Position numbers and translations under genes: made by a program. From Chloroflexota bacterium (GTDB lineage Bacteria; Chloroflexota; Limnocylindria; Limnocylindrales; CSP1-4): a stretch of DNA of 64,000 nucleotides. Shown in pieces: positions 8,249 through 25,456 of the stretch. The stretch lies in NCBI GenBank assembly GCA_016191395.1, contig JACPOS010000023.1:1290-65289 (forward strand). The letters are read 5' to 3'. The number at the start of each line of letters is the position of its first letter. Position 1 is the stretch's first letter. The notes beneath the pieces were generated by a model. That model was not told the DNA's origin. It searched no databases and saw nothing but the letters and a program-made list of their open reading frames with translations.

Positions 8249-8956
8249 TCAGCCGGCCCGGTGGTAGCCGCCACCGACCTCGTCGCGGATCACACGCCCT
8301 TCTTCCAGGGCGACGACCCGCTTTCGGAGCGCGGTGACGATGTCCGCGTCGTGGGTGGCCATCAGGACCGTCACGCCAAGCTCGTTGATCCGGAGCAGGA
8401 GCTGGAGGATCTCCCAGCTGATCAGCGGGTCAAGGTTGCCGGTGGGCTCGTCTGCGATGACGATGCGAGGGTCGTGAACGAGCGCTCGCGCGATCGCCGT
8501 GCGCTGCTGCTCGCCGCCGGACAGCTGCTTGGGGTACTGCTCTGCCTGCTCCGTCAGGCCGACGAGGGCGAGCACGCGGTTGACCGCCGGCTTGATCCGG
8601 CGCCGCGACGTCCCGGTGACCTCGAGCGCGAACGCGATGTTCTCGCGCACGGTCTTGGTCGGCAGCAGCTTGAAGTCCTGGAACACGATGCCGATCTTGC
8701 GGCGCACGTGGGGCACCTTGCGCCTGGGTAGTCTCGCCAGGTCGTCGCCATCGAGGGTGACGGTGCCCTGGGTGGCGAGCTCGTCCCGGATGAGCAGCTT
8801 CATGAGCGTGGACTTGCCGGCGCCCGACGCGCCGACGAGGAACACGAAGTCACCCTCGGGCACCACGAGGTCCACGTCCTTGAGCGCGTCGCGCCCGTTC
8901 GGATAGGTCTTGGTGACGTCGTTCAGGACGAGCACGGGACGTCGCGGGTCCACCAT
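8249..8956 (-). CDS. ftsE: cell division ATP-binding protein FtsE
   Basis: Walker A GASGAGKST, ABC signature LSGGEQQR, Walker B IVIADEPTGNLD. ATG 8956 (MVDPRRPVLVLNDVTKTYPNG) lies inside ORF 8249..9049. Confidence 0.9.
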   Translation of the reverse strand: MVDPRRPVLVLNDVTKTYPNGRDALKDVDLVVPEGDFVFLVGASGAGKSTLMKLLIRDELATQGTVTLDGDDLARLPRRKVPHVRRKIGIVFQDFKLLPTKTVRENIAFALEVTGTSRRRIKPAVNRVLALVGLTEQAEQYPKQLSGGEQQRTAIARALVHDPRIVIADEPTGNLDPLISWEILQLLLRINELGVTVLMATHDADIVTALRKRVVALEEGRVIRDEVGGGYHRAG

Positions 8957-9097
8957 TGCGCCGCCGGCACGGTTACCCCTGGGCACCGCGCTGCCCGGCT
9001 CCTCCGGGTGCTGTGGGCGTGCGTCGTTGGTGCGATTCGCGGTCAACAAGATCGAGTGGAGGCTACCACCCGGTTCCAGAACGCAACAATGACCCGA

Positions 9098-10033
9098 TCA
9101 GACGAGGCCGGGGGAGATTGGTACGTACCGCGTGAAGTCGGCGAACGGCTTCGTCCAGCCCGCGAGAATTGGGAATCCCTCGATCCGGAGTCCGGAACGA
9201 ATGGCCGTCGCGATGACGTCGTCCGTCGCGCCGGGCAGCCAGACCGCCGAGGCGCCGCGCGGCTCGACGGCGGCGAGAAGATGGCCGAGGACCGGCGCGA
9301 GCAATGCCGGATCCGCAACCGCGATCGGCCCGACCCGGCCGATCTCACCCGCATACCCGTAGCCCACCAGCCGGCCGTCCGTGCCGCGGTACGCAAAGGC
9401 GCGGCGTGGCTCGTCCTGGATGAACCGGTGGTCCTGTGGGTGTTCGAAGCCAAGGATGAATCGATCGAACGCCGCCAGCTCCCCGCCCTCGCGCCAGGCG
9501 ACCGGATCGGCGACTCGCTCCGCCGTCACGCCGTCCGGCAGGCCGGGCCACTCGAACCCGGGCGAGGGGCGGCCGACCAGGCTGAACATCGGCATCCGCG
9601 GCACGATCCCGAGCGTCGCATACAGCCCGTTGGAGATGGGTTGCGCGCTGTCCGTGCACGTTGCCAGGACGCGCTCGTCGAGGGGCATCGGGAGCATGCG
9701 CTCCAGGAGCGCCCGGCCCAGCCCGCGCGCCTGCTCGCCGGGCTCCACGAAGAGCATCGACAGGAACCACAGCGGACCGCGGTCCACGGCCGACCCGAAC
9801 GCCACAACGCGACCCTCGCCCGCGTGGTTCGTCAGCTCGGCGACGAGGAAGCGCCCGGGATCGGTGGACAGCGCATGGGCGTGCAGCCGCCGTACGCCGG
9901 GGTTGTCCTCGGGCAGCTCGGGAAAGCCCAGCGGTCTGGTGTAGCCGATGATCCCGTTGCGCCATACGCGATGACAGTCCAGCAGGTCCGCCTCGGTCGC
10001 CCGCCGGATCTCTACCCCCGACAGGTCAGGCAC
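9098..10033 (-). CDS. GNAT family N-acetyltransferase (two-domain)
   Basis: Acetyl-CoA motif A ..LFVEPGEQARGLGRALLERM.. The GTG start overlaps the prfB stop by 8 nt. Confidence 0.7.
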   Translation of the reverse strand: MPDLSGVEIRRATEADLLDCHRVWRNGIIGYTRPLGFPELPEDNPGVRRLHAHALSTDPGRFLVAELTNHAGEGRVVAFGSAVDRGPLWFLSMLFVEPGEQARGLGRALLERMLPMPLDERVLATCTDSAQPISNGLYATLGIVPRMPMFSLVGRPSPGFEWPGLPDGVTAERVADPVAWREGGELAAFDRFILGFEHPQDHRFIQDEPRRAFAYRGTDGRLVGYGYAGEIGRVGPIAVADPALLAPVLGHLLAAVEPRGASAVWLPGATDDVIATAIRSGLRIEGFPILAGWTKPFADFTRYVPISPGLV

Positions 10034-11121
10034 CCTCGCCGCCGGTGGCCAGTCGCTCCAGCTCCGCCTGCATGAACACGTCGAGGTCCCCGTCCAGCAC
10101 GGCCGCCGTGTTCGAGGTTTCCACCTGGGTCCGCAGGTCCTTGACCATCTGGTACGGGTGCAGCACGTAGCTCCGGATCTGGTTGCCCCAGCCCGCCTCC
10201 ACGTGCTCGCCGCGCAGCTGGCGCAGCTCCGCCTCCTTCTCCTCCAGCTGGCGCTCCAGGAGCCGCGCCTTGAGGACCTTGATCGCGGTCTCCTTGTTCT
10301 GGGTCTGGGATCGCTCGTTCTGCGACTGCGCCACGATGCCGGTCGGGAGGTGCGTGAGGCGCACCGCGGAATCCGTCTTGTTCACGTGCTGGCCGCCCGC
10401 GCCCTGTGAGCGGTAGGTGTCCACGCGGATCTCGTCCCAGTCCAGCTCGATCGGGATGTCCTCGTCCGGCTCCGGCATCACCTCCACCAGCGCGAACGTG
10501 GTCTGCCGCCGGTTCTGGGCATCGAAGGGGCTGATCCGGACCAGGCGATGGACGCCGCGCTCGGCCCGCAGCCAGCCGTACGCGCCGCGGCCGTTCACCG
10601 CCACCGAGACGCTCTTGAGCCCGGCCTGCTCTCCTGCCTGCTCGTCGATGACCTCGGTCTTCCAGCGATGCCGCTCCGCCCACCGGAGGTACATCCGCAG
10701 CAGCATGGCCGCCCAGTCCGTGGCCTCGGTGCCGCCGGCGCCCGCGCTGATGGACAGGATCGCGGGCCGGCCGTCGTACTCGCCCGAGAAGAGGAGCCCG
10801 GTTCGCTCGCGAGCGAAGTCGGTGTCGAGCGCGTCGACGGTCCGATCCACCTCCGCCTCGAGCTCGGCGTCGCCCGATTCCTGGGCGAGCTCCAGGGTGG
10901 TGTCGAGGTCGTCTGCACGGGCGAGGAGGTCGGTCCAGAGCTCCAGGTCTGCGCGGAGGCCGTCCGCCTCACGCAGGACGTCCCGCGCTCCCCGGCTGTC
11001 TTCCCAGAAGCCCGGCTCGGAGGCACGCGCCTCCAGCTGGGTCAGTCGCGACTGCTTGCCCGGGAGGTCAAAGACGCCCCGAGGTCGTACGGATCCGCTC
11101 CACGAGGTCGCGGACACGCAT
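10026..11121 (-). CDS. prfB: peptide chain release factor 2 (requires programmed +1 frameshift)
   Basis: SPF motif (RISPFDAQNRR) and GGQ (SQGAGGQHVNKT). The frame-0 leader MRVRDLVERIRTTSGRL (ATG 11121, or GTG 11130) ends at an in-frame TGA. The +1 frame continues as DLPGKQSRLTQLE... Confidence 0.92.
11067..11082 (-). promoter_or_regulatory. RF2 programmed +1 frameshift site
   Basis: The minus strand reads TCG GGG CGT CTT TGA C. This is the canonical CTT-TGA-C slippery/stop context with an SD-like GGGG three nt upstream. Confidence 0.88.
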
Positions 11122-11129
11122 GGCGTCCA

Positions 11130-11357
11130 CTAGTTCTTGGGGACCCGGAGGTCCTGGAGCAGGATCGGACGGAGCTCGATCAGGCGCAGGGCCGACTTGC
11201 TCCGGACGACGACGGGGTTCACACAGGGACAATAGCCGTTGTGGGGGCAGACGCCGCAGTTGCCGTCGCAATCCAGCGCGGCGGCGTAACTGCAGGTGCG
11301 GCAATCACGTTCACAGGCGATCAGGTCGACGAAGGTCGTTTCCTCAGCCTGTTTCAC
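11130..11357 (-). CDS. Cys-rich small protein (75 aa), unassigned
   Basis: GTG start with GAGGG SD. It has 8 Cys arranged C-x3-C-x2-C (twice) plus C-P-C: ..IACERDCRTCSYAAALDCDGNCGVCPHNGYCPCV.. GC3-rich codons support coding. The stop TAG overlaps a possible prfB GTG (TAGTG). Confidence 0.5.
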   Translation of the reverse strand: MKQAEETTFVDLIACERDCRTCSYAAALDCDGNCGVCPHNGYCPCVNPVVVRSKSALRLIELRPILLQDLRVPKN

Positions 11358-11462
11358 GAATCCCTCACTTACGCGGCGGCACGGATTCGATTCACGACGC
11401 GTGACGCTGCCTCAGGCGCGATTCGCCGAGGGTGGCGCTAGGCATCGCGTGGGGTTGGCCGG

Positions 11463-11491
11463 AGTATACGTGCGGGGTTTCGCCGCGCCAA
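11463..11491 (-). promoter_or_regulatory. putative promoter for the Cys-rich ORF and prfB
   Basis: On the minus strand: TTGGCG (11491..11486), a 17-nt spacer, then TATACT (11468..11463). It lies just downstream of the terminator at 11497..11528. Confidence 0.3.
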
Positions 11492-11496
11492 GAGGG

Positions 11497-11528
11497 AAAA
11501 ATGCCCGGCGAGGGCTCGCCGGGCATTT
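11497..11528 (-). terminator. intrinsic terminator after the DUF218 gene
   Basis: On the minus strand: AAATGCCCGGCGAG..CTCGCCGGGCATTT followed by a T-run (TTTTTCCC). Confidence 0.6.
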
Positions 11529-11554
11529 CGCTGCAAGGGAACACCTGCGTCAAT

Positions 11555-12196
11555 TCAGGGGTTGCTGGCCGTCGCCTCGTCGTCGAAGAGCCGGCCGCCG
11601 CCAAGGTAGTAGACGGCCAGGCCGGCCATCTCGTGGAGCATCGCCACCTGGCGCCGATCGGTCTCGAGGTCGGTGGGGCTGGTCCGCGTTGCCGAGCCCC
11701 AGGCGACGATCCCCTGGTCCTTCGCCATGCGCAGGACGCGGAGCATGTGCGTCTGGTCGCTCACGAACACCGCGCTGGTGAGGCCGCGCTCCCGGAAGAT
11801 CGCCGCGACCGCCTCTATCGATTCGAGCGTGTTGCGGCCCTGGTTCTCGCCGAGGATCGCGCTTGCCGGGACGCCGTGGGCGATCGCCCACTTGCGGGCC
11901 GTCGCAGCCTCCGTGGTCCGATCGGCCGGCAGCTTGCCGCCGGTCACCACGAGGAACGGCGCGAGCCCGGCCTTCCACAGGTCCACTGCGTGCTGCAGGC
12001 GGGCCTCGAAGACACCGCTGGGCGTGCCGTTGAACTGGGCGGCGCCGAGGACCACGATCGCATCTACGGGCCGGCGCTCATCGCGATCGCCCTGCGCAGA
12101 GATCCGCACAGCCATGTAGCCCGCCACGAGGATCGCGCCGACGAGGCCCCAGCCGAGGAGTTGGACGAGGCTCCCGAGGAGGCGCGGTCGGGTCAC
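11555..12196 (-). CDS. YdcF/DUF218 family protein
   Basis: ..AIVVLGAAQFNGTPSGVFEARLQHAVDLWKAG..LVVTGGK...GVPASAILGENQGRNTLES..VFVSDQTHMLR.. GTG 12196 is chosen because ORF start 12340 would overlap secA by 115 nt. Confidence 0.72.
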   Translation of the reverse strand: MTRPRLLGSLVQLLGWGLVGAILVAGYMAVRISAQGDRDERRPVDAIVVLGAAQFNGTPSGVFEARLQHAVDLWKAGLAPFLVVTGGKLPADRTTEAATARKWAIAHGVPASAILGENQGRNTLESIEAVAAIFRERGLTSAVFVSDQTHMLRVLRMAKDQGIVAWGSATRTSPTDLETDRRQVAMLHEMAGLAVYYLGGGRLFDDEATASNP

Positions 12197-12224
12197 GCGC
12201 TCCGCGCCCGGTTCGGGGAGCCGG

Positions 12225-15212
<2,988 letters not shown>

Positions 15213-15470
15213 GGGCCGTGAAGTATAGGTGGCAGCCCCCGAGCGGCCCATGCGACGCCCGTTCGCCACTCGACCGAGCGCCGGCCCTGACGAGTGCCGC
15301 GTGTGCGGCCTCGAACAGCGCCGGTCCGACCCCCAGGCCGCGCAAGGAGGGCTCCACGGCCACGTCGCGATCTCCGCGGACGAGGGTGGCGACTCGGCAA
15401 GCCAGGTCAGCAGGCCACGGGCCGGCCGTCCAGCTCCGCCTGGAGGCCGCCGCAGGCCGTGAGGAGATCG

Positions 15471-15731
15471 TCAGCCCGGGAACTGCCAGAGCCCGATGCC
15501 GTACCCGAGCACGAGCACGACGAACGTCGCGCCCGCGAGGCTGAGCCAGAACAGGACCGCGATGAAGCGCGAGGCGGGCCGCATCTCCGGGTTCTTGAAC
15601 GCCGGCATCCGGCCGCCGCGGCGGGCGTTGCCCCACCGCGGGGACTGGAGCTGCTCGCGGTAGTCCGGCGGGGCGCCCGGCTCCGGCTTCAGGACGCCGC
15701 GCTCGTCTGGTCGATGCAGCTGGAGGCTCAT
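15471..15731 (-). CDS. hypothetical small membrane protein
   Basis: 86-aa ORF directly after prs, with one clear TM helix (FIAVLFWLSLAGATFVVLVLGYGIGLW). No family recognised. Confidence 0.35.
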   Translation of the reverse strand: MSLQLHRPDERGVLKPEPGAPPDYREQLQSPRWGNARRGGRMPAFKNPEMRPASRFIAVLFWLSLAGATFVVLVLGYGIGLWQFPG

Positions 15732-15746
15732 GAGGCGGTCGTCTCC

Positions 15747-16861
15747 TCAGGCAGCCGGCACGGCGGCAGCCGAACCGGGCTCATCGTCATCGTCGTCCGG
15801 GTGCTGGCGCACGTCGAGCTTCTTCGCGATGCCGTCCTCCCACAGGAGCATCTCCTGGGTGAACTCGACCTCGCTGGAGAAGAGCGCCCCAACGGACTCG
15901 CCGCGGTGGATGCGCTTGATCGCCTCGCCGATGAGCGGTGCGATGGACAGCGTCGTGATCTTCGGGATCCGCTTTCCGGCAGGTAGCGGCACCGTATCGG
16001 TGAGGACCAGCTCGCGGAGCGGCGAGTCCGCGATGCGATCGACGGCCGCGCCCGAGAGCACCCCATGGGTCGCACAGGCGTAGATCTCGGTGACGCCCTC
16101 GCGCCCGAGCGCGTTGACGGTCTCGATCAGCGTGCCGGCCGTGTCCACCTCGTCATCAACGATGATCGCGCGCTTGCCGCGGACCTCGCCGATGACGTTC
16201 AGCAGCTCCGCGCGATCGAGGTTCCCGACGCGGCGCTTCTCGATGATCGCGAGGGGCGCATCCAGCAGCTCCGCGAACGTCCGTGCGCGCTTGGCGAAGC
16301 CCAGGTCCGTCACGACCACGAGGTCCTCGATCAGCTTGTGCTTGAAGTAGTTCGAAAGGATGTGGACCGCGGTCAGCTCGTCCACCGGGATGTTGAAGAA
16401 GCCCTGGATCTGGCCCTGGTGGAGGTCCATCGTCAGGACGCGATCGGCGCCGGCGACGGAGATCATGTCCGCGACGAGCCGCGCGGTGATCGGGACGCGG
16501 GGCTGGTCCTTCTTGTCCGACCGGCCGTACGCGTAGTAAGGCACGACGGCGGTGATCCGCCCGGCAGACGCCCGCTTGAAGGCGTCGATCATGATCAGCA
16601 GCTCCATGATCGACTTGTTCACGGGGCTGCTCGTGGGCTGGACGATGAAGACGTCCTTCTCGCGGACGTTCTCCATGATCTTGACGAAGATGTTCTCGTT
16701 CGCGAACTCGAACACCTGGGCGTCGCCCAGCTCGCTGCCGAGGTAGCGGCAGATCTTCTCGGCAAGGTCGCGATTCGCGTTGCCGGTGTAGATCTGGAAC
16801 TGGTCCGCGTACACGGGCGAGTCCTCCAGCCGACCGAATCCTGCGCTCGACGGTCGCCCGA

Positions 16862-16865
<4 letters not shown>
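15747..16865 (-). CDS. prs: ribose-phosphate pyrophosphokinase
   Basis: ..[19 protein letters not shown].., ..[14 protein letters not shown].., PRPP loop ..[14 protein letters not shown].. The C-terminal tail is acidic. The start is uncertain (TTG 16865 or GTG 16814). Confidence 0.9.
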
Positions 16866-19426
<2,561 letters not shown>

Positions 19427-19454
19427 GGTCGGGGGCTCCTCATCGGGTCAGGCA

Positions 19455-20449
19455 TCAGGTCAACGGGGGCTGCGGCATCGGCCGGCCCAGGCCCATGTCC
19501 GCGAAGCGCTCCGCCAGCTCGGCAGCCTCCGAGGTGGACGGGCCTCCGGGCCGGCGGCGAAGTCCGGCGAGCTGCTCTCGGATCTCTTCGGCTGCCGGCA
19601 GGTCGAGCTTCGTCAGGCTGTCACGCACGACCCACGCGCGTTGGCCGTCGCCACGGTTCGCGGCCATTCTGGCCTCCTGCCGCAGCGCCGCGGTGGTCGC
19701 GGGCAGATCGACGACCGCCATCGACCGGAAGCCCCACGAGAGTGCCTTCTGGACGTCCGGCTCGCGATCGCCGATCACGAGTCCGAGCAGGGCGAGTCCA
19801 CGAGCCGCGACCTCCGGCTTGCGCCCAAGGGTGCGGTTGACGAACGGCATCGTCGCGATCGTGGAACCCACCAGCCGTCGCTCCCAGCGCGAGGGCGAGA
19901 CGGTCAGCTGCTCGAGCTCGGCCCAACGGTACGGCTCGGCGAGGATGCCCTTGCCGTACGGGTGCGCGAGGGTATCGACCGTGATCCAGTCATCCGCGTC
20001 GGTGGCCGCTCGGCGCAGGAGCTGCCAGGTGCGCTCGGGCTCCTTCGCGAGGGTCCGCTCGAGCGTGGTGATCGCGAACCACCGGGCCTCGCGCTCCGGC
20101 TCGCGGAGGAGCCGGTCGGCAACCTGGAGGAGCTCGGCGGGGGAGACGCGGCGTGAGGCGCGCTCGAACGCGCGTCGAACCGCGACCTGGAGGGGCGACC
20201 GTACCCCGTGGGTCGGCCCGATGCCGGGCGCCACGAACGCCTGGCCCGCCCTGTACTCGGGGTCGGCGAGCTCGCGGAACGCGTCCGCGAGGCGAGCCGC
20301 GAACGCCACCGGATCGGAGATGTGGTCTGCGACGGCGCCGCCAAGCTCCTTCGCCCGAGCCTCTCGTCCAGCGATCGTGGCCGTGCCGTGGTCGGCGGTC
20401 GGGCGTGCCGGCCATGCCGTTGCGCGCTTCATCTCGATCGCCGTCGCGC

Positions 20450-20453
<4 letters not shown>
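19455..20453 (-). CDS. DNA alkylation repair (AlkD-like HEAT-repeat) protein
   Basis: ATG 20453 forms an ATGA overlap with the upstream stop. 332 aa, helical-repeat character (..LADPEYRAGQAFVAPG..HGVRSP.....WFAITTLE...DDWITVDTLAHP..). The upstream 142 codons of ORF 19455..20879 are an Arg-rich artefact. Confidence 0.55.
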
Positions 20454-23808
<3,355 letters not shown>

Positions 23809-23812
<4 letters not shown>

Positions 23813-24651
23813 GCCAGCACGACCTGCGGGGTCCCGGCTGCGTCGGCCACGAGTCCGGGACCAACCGCGGTGAGCGGAGCGCTGCTCGGACGCTCGTCGC
23901 GAGCCCGGATCTCGGCGGCGAGGTCCCGATAGGCATCCGCGCCGCGGGACCCTGGTGCGTACATGTGGATGGGCAATCCGTGGCTTGGCGCTTCCGAGAG
24001 GCGAACGTTTCGAGGGATGACCGTGTCGTACACGCGGTCACCGAGGTGGCGCCGGACCTCCTCACCGACCTCGTTGCTGAGGCGCGTACGGCCGTCGTGC
24101 ATCGTCAGCACTGCGCCCTTCACCTCCAGCCTGGGGTTGAGGTGGTCCGTCACAAGCCGAATGGTTGCGAGCAGCTGGCCCAGGCCTTCCAGGGCGAAGT
24201 ACTCGCACTGGATGGGGATGAGCGTCGAGTCGGCGGCCGTCAGGGCGTTGATCGTGAGCAGCCCGAGCGACGGCGGGCAGTCGATCAGGAGGTAGTCGAA
24301 GCGGCCGCGCATCGGGTCCAGCAGGCCGGCGAGCCGCCGTTCGCGCTGCTCGAGCGGCGTGAGCTCAACCTCGGCGCCGGCGAGCGCGATCGAGGATGGG
24401 ACGAGGGTCACGCCGTTGATGGCGGTATCGATCGCGAGCTCATCGAGCTGGACCTCATCGATGACGGCGTCGTACACCGACCGGTCGCGGGTTCGGTCGA
24501 TGCCGAACGCGCTCGTGGCGTTCCCCTGGGGGTCAAGATCGACGACGAGGACGCGTTCACCCGCGAGGGCCAGGTAGCTGGCCAGATTGACAACCGTCGT
24601 GGTCTTTCCGACGCCGCCCTTCTGGTTTGCACAGGCGATCGTCTCGCCCAC
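23809..24651 (-). CDS. parA: chromosome partitioning ATPase ParA/Soj
   Basis: Deviant Walker A ..NQKGGVGKTTT.., ..VLVVDLDPQGNAT.., ..DYLLIDCPPSLG.. Confidence 0.92.
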
Positions 24652-24800
24652 TCAGGTGATCATCCGGCGTGCATTCACAGGAGTCGATTCTAGCATCGGG
24701 ACGCCCCTCACTCCCCCGGCCGGGAACTGGTCGGGACCGTCGAACTGTGACGGCCAGACCTTCGCTGCGCCTTATCCGGCGATTGTTCCGGGCAGGGTGA

Positions 24801-24816
24801 TGTTTCACGTGAAACA
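24801..24816. other. parS centromere-like site
   Basis: TGTTTCACGTGAAACA is a perfect 16-bp palindrome identical to the parS consensus. It lies 150 bp upstream of parA in the divergent intergenic region. Confidence 0.88.
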
Positions 24817-24955
24817 TGAGACGACGATCGTCTGGGTGGGCCCGTCAACGGTGCCATTGCCCGTCATCTCGCTGCCGTGGGATACTTCACAAATCGCCGC
24901 GAGGGCTCAGGTTCGCGCGCGACCCCTCCGACCGCCGAGGACCGATCGCCGTCTC

Positions 24956-25456
24956 ATGAGCCTCCTCCTCGCCGCGATCGGGGCGACCGTCGTCGCGCTC
25001 GTCGAAGTCACGCTCGCACCGTATCTGACCATTGGAGACGCAGGCCCCCACCCCGTCCTGATCGGAGGGGTGATCTGGACCATCGCAGCCGGGCTGGACC
25101 GGGGGATCACGTGGGCCTTCGTCGGAGGACTCGTTCTTGACTCGCTGCTCGGCCGCTCGCTCGGCACCTCGGCATTTGCGCTCCTCATTGCGGTCGGCGC
25201 GGCAGCTCTCATCGCGCAGCCGTTCCCGCGATTGCGCCTCGTCGCTCCGATCATCGCGGTGCCGCTCATCAGCTTCGGGTACTCCGTGCTGATCATTGCC
25301 CTCACCTCGGCGACGCAGTCGGGGGTCACCGTGCCCGATCCCGGGAAGCAGCTCCTGCCCGGCACGATGTACGACGCCGTCGTCGGGATGTTCCTCGGGC
25401 CGCTGGCGGTGACGCTGCATGACCGCCGAACGGTCACCGAGCGAGTGGACTGGTGA
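24956..25456 (+). CDS. mreD: rod shape-determining protein MreD
   Basis: ATG 24956 lies inside ORF 24587..25456. The 166-aa protein is all TM helices and sits immediately upstream of, and overlapping, mrdA-rodA. Confidence 0.68.
   Translation: MSLLLAAIGATVVALVEVTLAPYLTIGDAGPHPVLIGGVIWTIAAGLDRGITWAFVGGLVLDSLLGRSLGTSAFALLIAVGAAALIAQPFPRLRLVAPIIAVPLISFGYSVLIIALTSATQSGVTVPDPGKQLLPGTMYDAVVGMFLGPLAVTLHDRRTVTERVDW

Noticed and set aside
15213-15470. The minus-strand frame of ORF 15169..15636 contains a GNAT motif-A-like stretch (..VAVEPSLRGLGVGPALFEAAHAALVRAG..) in the secA-upstream spacer.
   Set aside because: Only about 50 residues look GNAT-like. The N-terminal 75 residues are Arg-rich nonsense overlapping the 86-aa membrane ORF, and the C-terminus would overlap the secA start. 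At best this is a decayed acetyltransferase remnant, and the evidence is not enough to call a pseudogene.
24652-24955. Possible oriC in the parA-upstream spacer, given parAB, gyrBA and parS nearby.
   Set aside because: I found no clustered TTATCCACA-like DnaA boxes and no AT-rich unwinding element. The nearest candidate, TTATCCGGC, is a single poor match. dnaA and dnaN are also absent from the window.
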